This document shows, in pieces, positions 40,170 through 53,200 of a stretch of 64,000 bases of DNA; position 1 is the first letter of the stretch; each line of letters starts with the position of its first letter. The position numbers were made by a program, and so were the translations under genes. The stretch is from Haliotis rubra (Eukaryota): the NCBI RefSeq assembly GCF_003918875.1, contig NW_025767457.1, forward strand, positions 744,001 through 808,000, in the 5' to 3' direction. The notes below the pieces were generated by a model that saw nothing but the letters and a program-made list of their open reading frames with translations, did not search any database and had not been told where the DNA came from.

Positions 40170-42040
40170 AAAGGTAGAAAAACGTTTCTGAACTGGCATT
40201 GAGTGAGTGAGCGTAGCAATATTAGAGCTATATGGCGGCGGTCTGTAAATAATCGAGTCTGGACCAGACAATCCAGTGACCAACGACATGAACAGGGATC
40301 TGCGCAATTGGGAACCGATGACATGTGTCAACGAAGTCAGCGAGCCTGACCACCCGATCCCGTTAGTCGCCTCTTACGACAAGCATGGGTTACTGAAGAT
40401 CAATATTCTAACCCGAATCTTCACGGGTAGAACCGACATTGACTGTCCGATAATTCAGTTGAGGCAATGTCCGGATCTTCACCAACCACCAGCCTTCCCC
40501 AAATGCACAAGGGAACGTTTGGATGTGACCTTGAACCAGCATCCGAGTCAGTTACATTAAGACAACAAACACATAACTGTAATTTTCATCTGAGAGTCGA
40601 ATATATTGCTTTTTCTTTTAAATCACTTCTCGTACACTGAAAGGAGACATTTGTGAGGGCTACATTGAGTGTAAAACCACCAATTTGACGGTTTACAGCA
40701 TTCCAATTCCCGATGGGTAAAGATCTATTGGGTACCGTTGGTCATACCTCTTCGCAGACATCATTCATTACATAAAGCAACCATAAAAAGTACCTGTTAT
40801 TGTTACAACTCAGTGAACACTAAATAATCAATCAGTCGGACCCTCATGGGTATACTGTTTTCTGAATGGCTGAATGAGGGAACAGATTACTGGCGTGGAC
40901 TGGGAATGTTTTTCGTACAAACTTATAGACAGGAGTGCACCACAGCTTCACCTTTAAACTGCACAGTTCGGACGCAGTTAACTACAGGAGCAATGTAATG
41001 AGTGTTGGTTGGCAACTACGCGAAACCATCGGGACATCATCTCCAGACAAACGTTCCCAATGTCTAGTTGTAGCCACTAATTAACATTGGATTGGTCTGG
41101 TCTTAGATTCAGGAAGGTCATCTCTAATGATCGCACCTGTCTGACGATTTGATGTATTCTGAGTCCCTAATGCAAGTAACTCATAGAAAGTGATACCTCC
41201 TTTGAAAGACATTGCCCACGGAGACATGTAACTTGAGGTGCTGTTGAGAATGCGTTGGAGATATTAACCACGTCCATGGGGGCAACGATCCTAAAAATCG
41301 ACTTCAAGATTTTATTTACGGTAAAGAAGATAATTTGAAAGGGATATTGACAAAAATGAACCGATACTTGCCTCTTTAAGACCCAAGACCAATCTCAAGT
41401 TGGTCAGCACCTTTCTAGGGGATTAATTAATCGACATTGTTGCGTGAAACCTCCTCTTCCCTAACTCTGGATCCATGCTGGAAGGAGTTCTTCAGCTTTA
41501 ATTGTTATTGATTGAGAAGTTGGGGATACATTGTGGCCACCGAGGATGGGGAAATTAGATAACACACATAGATAAGAGGGAGCCATGATCGCCGGGTTAC
41601 CAATATCTACATTTCCTTGCTGATTTACCATTCAATTGAAAACAACTGCACCGCCTGCAGTTTTCTTACATTTAAAACACCTCCCTCATTCCGATAACAC
41701 CGATAAATCACCGTTTGTCCGTATGAAGCATGTTGACGAGATGGCACACTTACTCCAAGATATTATCTTTGGGATTTGTATTAATTGCACTCTCGAACAT
41801 ATTTGCGACCAACACACACTTGTTCTCTTGTCTCACTTGCCTCCTCGTGGTCATGTCGGAAATACTATGTTATATTCGATATTATGTCTGTAAGAAGGGT
41901 AGATATAACTCCCATTTCAGAACCATTCGGTCTAGAAAGCCCCCGAGAAATCCTGACATTTGAAATCGTATGTTTATTACGTATGGACGCATTCATTACG
42001 CTCTAAGAATTCAAAACGTCCAACACCAGAGACTAATTAG
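40170..42040 (-). pseudogene. IR-d copy, unit C (longest copy)
   Basis: GNPAIMAPSY..NFPILGG, IVAPMDV, MLISGYNxTLGTFV, DLYPSGIGML, LNVALTNV, RLSDENYSYVFVVL. Confidence 0.7.
40203..40428 (-). mobile_element. SINE family 1
   Basis: Reverse copy flanked by gaactggcattga / gaaccgacattga. Unit C only. Confidence 0.85.
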
Positions 42041-42529
42041 TCTACAGAATATGACAAATCAGATTCCATGACGTAAAAAGCGAATAAGTGAGAATGTATA
42101 CCATGGAAAAAAAGTATCGCAACACCTAGGAGAGTAGTAATAGTTCGCCATAGCTTATGGCAAGCTTGTGCGTGATGTACATCTGAATGAATTGTGATAA
42201 GCATTTGATTGAAAAACAAACAACATGACAACAATGAGTGAGTGATTGAGTGAGTGAGTTAAGATTTTAAGCCACTTCGGCAATATTTCAGCCATATCGT
42301 GACTAAAAACAAGTTATAATTGCATAATAAATCATGGTAAATTATAAAAACATGTCGGCGAAGGACAGTAAAAATAATTGGAATACCACAGATGTAATTG
42401 TAAAACTAGTATAGAAATCTAAAATATCTGAACTATGAAAGACAATACAATAAAAACAACGGACTATAGAACGCCAACAACTGAACAGTTTAATGTGTGT
42501 TCCAGATGCCCTTCTGGAAAAGCAAAATA

Positions 42530-44140
42530 GTTTAACCACCGGACTAATCCACGCCATTGTGCAAGAATTAGTCAGTTGAAAACCCAAATTAACTCTAGTC
42601 AGGAACTGTGCAGTCATTTTGAAGTTTAATGATGCTAGAGAGTACAAACGTACAAGTTGATTCCTCGCTGCTTACACAAAGAATGATAAATATATTTTGC
42701 TTGTTCACACATTTTGCCTGAAGAAACCGTGGAGATTCGGGTTAGAATTTATCCTGAGTAACCCATGCTTTTTGTAAGAGGCGACTAATGGGATGGGGTG
42801 GTCAGACTCACTGACTTGGTTGACACGTTTCATCATATCCCAGTTGTGTAGATCGATGTTCGTGATGTTGATCATTAATTTGTCTTGTCCAGACTCGATT
42901 ACTGACAAGCCGCCACCTTATAGTTGTAATATTGCTGAGAGCGTCGTTAAACAACAAACGAAAGCTAAAGAATCCGAAATGATGTAGTGGGTCATGTATG
43001 ATCCTTGACGTGGATTCTTGATCACAAGTACTGCTCGGTTCTTCAAGTAAAGCAGTTAAACATATACCCCTATGTCATGATGTACCAAACTCCTCAGACG
43101 AAAGGAAAGCATAAATATAAATTTGAAGCGTGAAAAGTAATGCACACTTAAAACACACCCGGTGTATATATTAACAGGACAACAGTGGATGCGTGTCCAA
43201 TATGAAGACATTTGACAGCAAATAAAACAGACAAGAGATGTATTGCAGAGGTTCCGTCACGTCTTAGACCTGATTGGGTCTCACATTGTGGACGAAGATT
43301 AGTCAGTCAGCGGACTGACAATCCTAATGTACTATTGTGGTACTATTTACGAAATGTGCTCCGAATATTCACGTGTGCTTCCCAAAAGGAAAATTACAAT
43401 GCCGAAAATATCGCAGAATTAATGGGATCTGTATATATCAGGCGTCGTGCACATTGCTGGGAATACGTTATTTTTTGTCTACCTTGTATCTCCGTGTTAA
43501 TTATTGCCTTATTAGTGAGTCTCTTGACAAAAAAGTGTAGATGAATCCCTGCAGTTTCGCGACCATCAATTAGACAAATGTTAAACAGAAACCCCGGCGT
43601 GTCAGTTAAACAGGGGCGAAACACCAACATGACACAGGTCTTTGAAGTTCTGGCATGTGCATGCTGGTTCTCTCGCAACTAATGATTTGCTCCACATATA
43701 GACAGGGGCAAAAATTAAGCACTACCTGAATCCAACGCCGATTTAAACCAGGTGATTATATCCTAGCATACTGGAATGAAGACGTAAAACACACAATATC
43801 TCAAAAGCTGAGGGTCCCATATTCACGTGCTGCGTTAGCGCCAATCACATTGGGGTGCAAATTCCGTAATTGCAGTGTGTGCAGTTATCTGAACTGATCT
43901 AACAGACGACAGTACTGAAAATATTTCATGGCATGGGAAGATGCACACTTTCAGAAAATGCACCATGGCGCGTTACTGGCATGCATCCAGCAAAATTGTC
44001 ATGAGGCAAACAGTAAAGTAAACAGTTTTGTTTTAGTCTCCATTCATAACCTGTAGCCCGCTAGTTGGCCTTTTCAACCGAATGGGATCTGTTTCAACTG
44101 ATATTCGAGACTGGTCAATATCTCCTAGCAATGACGTTTT
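42530..44140 (-). pseudogene. IR-e and IR-f copies, unit C
   Basis: Near-identical to 29900-31520. Confidence 0.5.
42726..42960 (+). mobile_element. SINE family 1
   Basis: Duplicate of 30103-30340. Confidence 0.8.
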
Positions 44141-44869
44141 ATAATTAGAGCTTCATGGCGGAATATACTTACGCATATACTTATTTGCTACGACAATGTG
44201 CCCATTAGACAGTTATACCCACAGATTAATTTCCCGTCTTGAGTCAGGCTAGACAAATAGCATATTCTCGCATACATTAACTGTGCTATATATATAAAAA
44301 GAAACGTTTTTCATCGTCTGCCAACGCAGCTGTTATTTATGTTCTGCCTACATTTGAAGACCTGTTTTCAGACGCACGTGGACATCATGCTGAAACTTGA
44401 TCTTCTATTGTGTTACACATTCGATACCATTCTTTTATGATTGCTGAAACAAAACCTTTGCTCGTTTGTGGCAGCTTAATACGAAATGGTGTACTTCCTC
44501 CACGCAGTGACATGACGGATGTCTGTTTTGTGTTGACTGTATCGGAAGCTCTTTAACAACATATTTGTAATAAAAATGACGCCCTGCAACCTAACGTCAA
44601 ATGTCAACGACAGGGCATTGCATGTTTCAAAAGTATACATTCCTAGTTTATACTATATCTGAGTTACTATCAAAGAAGACTTATTACTCATTTACACACA
44701 TGGTTGTGTATTATACGATATGACATTGATAAAATCTCACTAGCTGCCTTTACAATGAGAAATATACTCTGATCGTCGTGAGGTAAACATCCTTAAATTA
44801 ATGTGATAATACGGTTTTACAATAAAAGTTGTTTTGATTAAATTGCTTTTAGAAAATATATTGGATGCA

Positions 44870-46540
44870 TTCCAAATGATCACATTTCAACTTCAACGCT
44901 CAGAGATCTATCACGTTATTGCCTCATAACGATATTAACATTAAATTAGTGTACCGTGTTATTCACTATTAACCGTAACTCTTCCTGAAGAGAAACCGTA
45001 ATTTCCGGCTCCAGAAAGAAACGTAAAGATTATTAAGGAATATTTACATTTTAGGCATCATGCACATTAACTCAAAACACGACATTATATCATTTTGCAT
45101 CAACCTTTCTTTCTGTGATTTCTTCAGAATCGTGTGTAGCTGGTTGTTTATCAAAAGACAGTTTCTGTTGCTGATAAATATATAAAACTGAATGCTATGC
45201 TAGGGATTACACAGTGAACCGTTATCATCATGGTGCCAAATGTTCCAGCTCATGGCCAAATAGCATGTATGGTAGTAATGATTCATCATAACAGATATGG
45301 GCGGTGCTGCCTTTGAAGCCCGTTGATGGACCACGAGGTATGGTTCATATATTATCTTTTACCAACAACATCTTGGAAAAGTAACATGTATATAATCACT
45401 AGAGTGGGATAATGACGTAGCCATAGTTCACGCCAGCATAACGTCATTTGTACCATGAGAAGTAATTATGTTCACCTTGTCTGGTATTGGAGACGGAAAA
45501 CAGTTTAGATATTAGCCATGAAGTAAGTCAACCTTGTTCTAATCATGGTAGGAATATAAATTATGTCAAGTCGTTTCTGCACAAACAAGATTACTAATAT
45601 GAATTTAAAACATAAAGAAGACGCAAAGGATGGTTTCTGTTTAATATGTTTTTGATAGTTTTTGTGGTGGAATACGATGCATTTGGTATGTTTCAAATAA
45701 AAAGATGATTGATTTCCCTTACCGTTGGATGTTTTGCGATATGAAGGAATAGATCACCATTTCGACTGGATCAATGTAATGCACATATACATGAATGTAT
45801 ACAAAGCCTTCCTATCATAATCCCATCAGCCAAGTTATAGTTGTAATGGTAAGCCCCCTGCACCAAGGTAAGTGTGATGGGAAACAGATAACCATTGTGG
45901 GCGTTAGGTAGCAGCCAGTGTTTGTCGTAAGGGGCGACTAACGGCTTTGAGTGCTCAGTCTCGCTGACTTGGTTAATTAATACATGTCACCTGCGGAGAT
46001 CGATGCTCATGATGTCAGTCACTGGACTGTCTGGTCCAGAGCTGATAACTGACAGACCGCTGCCATATGCTTAACTATTGTTGTGTGCGGCGTTAAACAG
46101 CAAGCTATAAACATAAATAGCCACAAATATAGGGATAGTTAATTTTGCATAACATGGCATTTGGAAACTTCAGTATCAGTTCATTAACTACAGCTATCGC
46201 CCCGGTTAAAACTAAGAAGATATTTTGTGAAATGCGATTGTATTTGTCTCATTGCTGTCATAAACAATTGTGATGTTGCGAAATAGCGGAATAAATAAAA
46301 CGAAAATAGGCGTGGGTATGGTTTTTCGACGCTTTAAGAAATATTCAAGCATTAATACGGCAGTGAACACCAGAAATCGAATACCAAAATGGGGAATTGA
46401 AACTGGGTCTTTGGCATGATGGGCAAAACTCCTGGACTACCAGGCTACCCCACCGCACCTAATACAACTATGGAAGAAAACAATTTATACATAGATTCAG
46501 TAGACAACAGTCACGTTTTGACACACGTTTAAACAAGAAT
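44870..46540 (-). pseudogene. IR-g and IR-h remnants, unit C
   Basis: ELWLRHYPTLVIIYMLLF (M1-like), WSINGLQRQHRP, NVHDA, YGF. Confidence 0.55.
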
Positions 46541-47442
46541 ATACGTTTTAAATTGCTCAGTCTGAAACACTGTTTATTATGATTAATAACCATCACATTC
46601 TTTATGAGGCTGTATTGTTATGTTTTCAAAGAATAATCACTGATTGCTCCATCCAGAAAAAGAAAAAACAACTGTTTTATAAGATGGCAGAAATAACGTT
46701 TAAGGAGTGTATGTTTGCGTGCATGTGTGAGTGCGTGCGCGTGGGTGTGTGAGTGCGTAAGTGTAATGTTGAGTCGTCGATCTCAGGCTGTAGGTTAAGG
46801 GGTCTTTGTATCATGTAAAATTCACCATGACATCGGAATCGATTCCTTACTATAACATCATACAGCTGTAATACTGCTGAAACAAATATATGCTCATGAT
46901 ATGGTCAAATTTGTGCAATCGACTCTGCTTTTAGCAGAGATTTTATGAACGTGGAAAGGGCTTTGGTGCTTCTATTCCTAAATGTTAGCTCGGAAGGCAA
47001 TTGAGTTTTATAGAACTGCCACGATTTGAAGACCAGCTCGTACGAGAAGACATTTGAACACAAAATGTTTATTTCTCGGAAAATCGATAAGATGAGAGAT
47101 TTCTTTTGCTGTAGTAAACGATATGCCAGTGAAGGGTTGAAAGTCAAGAATAAATGTCATCATTATCCCGTCTAAAGTATCGTAGCTAACACCGCAGTTT
47201 TAATGTTCAAAAACAACGTAATGCATATAGGATGGATAATGGATATATTTTATATTGTGCTTTCTATATATCAGGTGCGGGTCATTGTGTATATTACTTC
47301 AGGAAACACAATTTCCAACTTTCCATTAACCAGACAATTCCTCCTGAAAAAAGCGAAATGGATTTAACATTGCTCATGTTTATTCATAAGGGGATGGATG
47401 AATGCCACGAAGCTCACTTACCACCGGTCTTCTCCGAAAGCG

Positions 47443-47678
47443 ACCCGTGAAGCTCCGGGTTAGAATATTGATCTTCAGTAACACAAGCTTTTAGTAAGAG
47501 GCGACTAACGGGATCGGGTGGTCAGGCTCCCTTACTTGGTTGACACATGTCATTCACAGATCGATGCTCATGCTGTTGATCACTGGATTGTCTGGTCCAC
47601 ACTCGATTATCTACAGACCGCCGCCATATAGCATGAATATTGCTGAGTGCGGCGTAAAACTAAACTCACTCACTCACT
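47443..47678 (+). mobile_element. SINE family 1
   Basis: Duplicate of 34551-34790. Confidence 0.85.
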
Positions 47679-47793
47679 CTCCGAAAAGTATGAGGGATGA
47701 GGCCTCCAGAAAATGCCTTGGCATGCAGTTACATTGACGGAAAATATCTGAAGGTGTTCATTGAAACACAATGTTGTTCAAAGATGTTTCTGA

Positions 47794-48065
47794 TGAGTGA
47801 GTGAGTGAGTTTAGTTTTACGCCGCACTCAGCAATATTCCAGCTATATGGCGGCGGTCTGTAACTAATCGAGTCTGGACCAGACAATCCAGTGATCAACA
47901 GCATGAGCATCGATCTGCGCAATTGGGAACCGATGACATGTGTCAACCAAGTCAGCGAGCCTGACCACCCGATCCCGTTAGTCGCCTCTTACGACAAGAT
48001 AGTCGCCTTTTTATGGCAAGCACATGGGTTGCTGAAGACCTATTCTACCCCGGATCTTCACGGGC
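47794..48065 (-). mobile_element. SINE family 1
   Basis: Young-looking reverse copy, unit D only. Removes ~20 bp of target relative to unit C. Confidence 0.85.
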
Positions 48066-50364
48066 CAAGAACAATTTGGAAACTTTCTGGAACATTGAGA
48101 TTCAAGATATTAAGATTATGCAAGTAGGCAAGCACGTGCATATCATATCTCATATTACATCTTGACCGGCTCAGCGTGACCATTACTTGTCAGTCACCCT
48201 GGATTTCAAATCAAGTCCTATGTTGAAAACTTGAATGTTTGTTACCAGGTGAAAAGTTTTAATGATCATCGCTGCCTATCATCATTTCGTCACTGGAAGC
48301 GTTGCCCAGGACGGAATCTATTTCCACATAAGTCCGATACTATTCATGTTCATTCAAAGGTTGTAATCCGAATATGACATGGTTATAAGTATGTGGTATT
48401 ATCATATTTTAAGACACAGACTAACAATGTAGTCAACACGGATGTATAGACACTACTCGATTCTTGACATTGGCAACAAAATGGCCGATCATTCACCATT
48501 GAAAGCAATGGTTTAACACACCACGGTATAACGAACGTGTGTTGTGAAGTAGCATTTTCGTGCCACACATCTTTTTAAAACTGCTATACTTGACAAGGAG
48601 ACACCACTCCAAGATTTAACAGGATATGTCTTCGACATTGTAAGGAATGTGTTATGTCCTCGTCTTCTATTAACGTATTTTCCTGATCTAATCATTTTGT
48701 TACATGGGATTTCCTCGGGGATCAATTACAGTGTCGCCAGGTATTTAAAACAGCCTGTATCTATGACCCCGTCTCCAGTATTGTTAAACTTACTTCAGCA
48801 CAAGTAAGCAATACTACATGGTAGCAATGGGTACATATTTTCGATTATTTCGAAAATAATGCGAAAGGATATGCTCACACCCCAACAGATGACCAGGCAA
48901 TTATCTTTTGTGCAACACCCATTGGACCTGCAGTTAGCGTTGGTGTCTTGCATATCTAATGATTATGTTCTTACAACAAATCTTCTCTCCCTACCACTTG
49001 ATTTTATATGCAGTAACCATTCGCCAATTCTAAATTTAATCACGCTTTATGTGTCTTATGTTTAAGGTTTCTTCAGTTTCTAACTTCCCTTGCGTCTCAG
49101 TATATTTCAGCAAACAATCATCATGGTCAATAGACCAGGAATAAATAAATGGCCTGTGGTGTCACGAATTATGCGTATTTTAACAACACTTTAGAGAGTA
49201 AGATTAAGCCAAAATATATATTTCATTGACAAAGAAGACGTCACGTTTTGAAATAGAAGTCTACTCTGTGTAAAGGTTGTTTGGTCAAAGATACAATATT
49301 CAAAATGCCAATCCAATTCCTATTGTTAACTTGTACTATATGTTCCTGTATTATGTTTTTAGGGGAACTATTGATTTACCCTTGAATGTCTTTGCGATGG
49401 ATGCCAACGGTTGTGAAACACACACTCATCGTTTCGTGAACACCTCGTACTATTAATATTTCATTCTGATTTAATAAGGTCTGCCAATGATAAACAGCCG
49501 ACACTAGTCTTAGGACATATTTGTTATGAATATAGAAAGGGTTTTGCTTCATTGCTAAGTGAATCAAAGTTTGAAACATGTTGATTTAACTACATGTGAA
49601 GAGATTGCATACTATTGAAATTTATGTTTTCAATTACACCTGTGTTCAAAAGCCAGTGATGGTACGTGTACAGTTTGTGGGCATTATGTTACAGTTTAGA
49701 CACACATGTAGAAACAAGATCGTTAATGTGACATTTATTTATCAATTCCAACGATTTAAGTATCCTTTTAAGTGAAAAGAATACAAGATTAACTGAAGCT
49801 GTTTCAAGTCATGTAAATTACCCCCCCCAAAAAAAATCAACAACAACAAAACAAACAAACAACAACAACAACAAAACAAAACAAAAACAAAACAAAAAAA
49901 GCATAAAAAATCTGAACAAAGCATGAACGCACATTATACAAAACATTAAAGGTATTCCCGCATTTCAACAGATAATTAAAGAAAATCGGCTTGATTCAAA
50001 TGATGTCTGCAGACAACATCGTGATCTGTCGGGTTATATGATTGTGCATGAAACCACATGAAGATGATCAGTAGAGTTGTAAAGTTAGGTTTATCAAAAC
50101 AAACATTAAGTTTCAGTTGTCAAATGATTGATAAAGCATTTAGTTTCCTTTGGAGTATAGTGGACTTTATCACTTTAGTGACTATTTTCTAGTGTAACTG
50201 GTGTTGAAGACGAGTAGACATGCCTTTGTTACAGTTTACTCTTTAGCCATGTGGCGAGAAGGACCTAAAATGACAAGATCTTTGTTTTGGTTGTGACCTG
50301 ACTACACTTAATGTATATATGGGCATTATGTATTTTCTATATTTGTATCTACTGATTTGGATGA

Positions 50365-50530
50365 ATAAAAAAGTGTCTCTCCGGACTGCTGTGATTTCCG
50401 AGTCGAATTGTGGTGGTCAGGGCTTCCAGAACTGTAACTGGGGTCCTAACCAATGTAAATCGGGACGTTGTAAATGTTATAAAGCGGGACTGAAGTGTAA
50501 TATCCGGCGTCATAAAAGTCTATCTTTTCC
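50365..50530 (+). mobile_element. C-terminal Cys-rich fragment of a Ginger/KRBA2-like integrase-type transposase
   Basis: VSLRTAVISESNCGGQGFQNCNWGPNQCKSGRCKCYKAGLKCNIRRH matches the recalled GGQGxxxCxC..C...RCxCxK...CNSRCH pattern. Unit D only. Confidence 0.6.
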
Positions 50531-50629
50531 CATACCCTGTACGCGCATTATAAATTTGCTCTTTCACTATAGGCTGGCAGGAGTTTCCCGAAATCCCTGA
50601 GACAATATTTCAGTAATCTCATGAAATCC

Positions 50630-53200
50630 AGCAGGGAACAGCACAGAATAACAGCAGAGAACATAGCCTGAATCAGCTGTAACTGTGTCACAAATTTAGA
50701 CACCTCGGTCATTAAAAGGTTTCCTTTATTCTTTAATAGATGATAGTGTATTTAGAAGAAATGTAAGAAGAAGAATGTTGATACTCTGGCTAGCGCTTAG
50801 CCTTCTCATTAATTTACACTTGTCCTCTTCTTGCAGCCTTCATCCCAGCAATGACACAGGAAGAAAGCATTTGAAATTAGCAGTCGGGTCAAGCCGGCGG
50901 AAATATATGTAAAAAATATTTTTTCATCGGCTCGGCGCACAATTTACAGTCGGTAGGGCGATGAAAAACATGGATTTAAAAAAAGGTTGCCCTACGTATG
51001 ACCATCCATGTTTCACTCAAGCCTGTTTCGTTTCTAAAAGAGAAGCATATTTGTTACAAGTTCCTAGTCATCTGTTTACAATCGTACATATATGTCCATG
51101 AATATACTGGTTACAGTTGTTCTATTACAAAAAATATCATAAAAGATGACATTGATCTGATTCATTTGCATTGATTTTGAATTCTTTTCAGGTACTTTGT
51201 TCTGGAATGCATTTCCTACGAACCTTCGACATAACTTCGAGAAACAGCAAGAGCTAAACTTTGTTATTCAAAAGAAAACGCAAATGTTTACCGACAATGA
51301 ATGCGTCACATTTTGAGACGGAAACGTACATCTTTTTGTCTGATATCATTCTGTTGTATATATACTGACATTGAAAACATACACGTTGTAAAATTAGCAG
51401 CTCAAAGAGCATTGAAGTCTTGGAGGATAAATAAGTTAAATACCAACGCACAACATTATGTATATACTATGTATACAACTTTCAAGTATAGAAATAATCA
51501 GAATTGGATATCAGGTTTCCAACATATACATGTAGTGCATACCCATATGTTATACAAATGTGATTTCATCTTTCTAACACAGTATAAACATAAGGTGTCC
51601 TTAACGTGAGGAAATAGGTACTTATCATTAACAACGAAATACATCTACATGCATTTTTATATAATTACCAGTAGTTATGTCATTGCAGTGGAAAGTAATG
51701 ATCAACGTGGAAAATTATGGAGTAAGCAGGAATGTAAAAATGTTAGGGGAAGTAAAAAGGGCAAATCAACATCAACCAAGAATCAATGAGATAATACCAA
51801 ACAGGTAGAACTTCATGTAATTGGAAGTAAGTTTTGTGAATACCTACCGGTTCAATGTAAAATATTACGTTACATTCAGGCACAATTGTTGTTTCAATTT
51901 CAGTTTAAGATAACTGAATGTATACAGACAGATTTCGAGTGAACAAATACAAACATCATGGTACTACTCCTGCTCTTCTCGAAGGAAAACTGCAGCGTTT
52001 AATGGCACAAAAGCAGCAGAGAGTGAAGGATCTTTAGATTCAAGGCGTCATTTATATTAACACGAAACACGGCATGGTGTCATTTTCCATCAATCTTCCA
52101 TCCTCTCTCAACAGCGGGCAATTACACCGTGTGTACATTCTTCATAATTTTACTTTGTTTATCAATTGAATGTTTCAGTTACTGATAGAGATGTAGCACT
52201 TGAAGTGCTCGGCCCATGCTGGGTTATCATTTCATGATCATTCTCAGGTCTTAGACACGTGACATGTATGTAACTATAAGTCACTTTCTAGAGACAGTGT
52301 GTGAGTATTAATTTACGCCGCGTTTAGCAATCTTCCAGCAATATCACACCGGGGTCATCAGAAATGGTCTTCACACGTTGTATCCACGTGGGGAATCGAA
52401 CACGAACGCCATAACCACTGGGTTACTCCGCAAATCCCATTATTCACCATGTTGTGATAATAATGATATATCAACAGCAACCAAGCGGTAGTCCGCTGAT
52501 ACTTATTGATATTCTTGTTGATATACTTTCAAATAATGCAAATAACGATTTCCATAGTTGCATATCAGTAACGTTACCGTGTGAAGTCATAGGACATCTA
52601 TCCGCGAAAGCTTACCTATTGTTTGTAACAATTGCATATAATTCTTCTAATATGCCTCATGGGCATTTATGTCATTTGGCTTGACATGTGTGGCGTTTTA
52701 AATAGAATGTTTATATAGGCTGAGGTGCACGTACGTAGTAGTATGGCATTTTTCGGACCTAATCGCAAGGTGAACCTGGTAACATGTTCTTGCCCTGGAC
52801 TCCCTGGAGCAAACAGAGGCCTTTATCACCGAGTGCACCAAGGATGGTTTCTATCCCTCTTTAGCTGTCCTCATAAATACATATAATGCTTGAAGCTGAC
52901 AGAAGTGTAGACGCCAAAAGGATTTATCATGCATGTTTCAGCACAACAATCAGCAATACACCGGGAATAGATGGCGCTTGTGGCTATAGGAATACTCGGG
53001 ATGTAAACAACACTTCGCTAATTGGGACATCAGTTCAGCGAAAAGGCAATTGCTTTATTGGCAGTAAAGACATCACGTTTTGAGATGGAAATGTCTGTGA
53101 GTCATATATTTCAACTATGTGCCATATATAATATGATCCGCCGACGTAAGTGGAAAGTAAAAAACTGATGTCGGAGAAAGAAAACGGCCATTTAGACATT
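50630..53200 (-). pseudogene. IR-b and IR-c copies, unit D
   Basis: Colinear with 24430-26950. Confidence 0.55.

Larger units (their letters stand above)
33821..46710. repeat. Segmental tandem-repeat unit C
   Basis: Colinear with B and D. Offset to D is 12898 bp (ORF 34007 vs 46905). Confidence 0.9.
47320..49260 (-). pseudogene. IR-a copy, unit D
   Basis: Colinear with 34440-36180, with two SINE insertions. Confidence 0.55.

Noticed and set aside
41025-41060. SGDD on the minus strand, suggesting a viral RdRp or endogenous viral element
   Set aside because: Present only in unit C through a small indel, with no other polymerase motifs. The flanks fit the M3 region of an IR-like gene.
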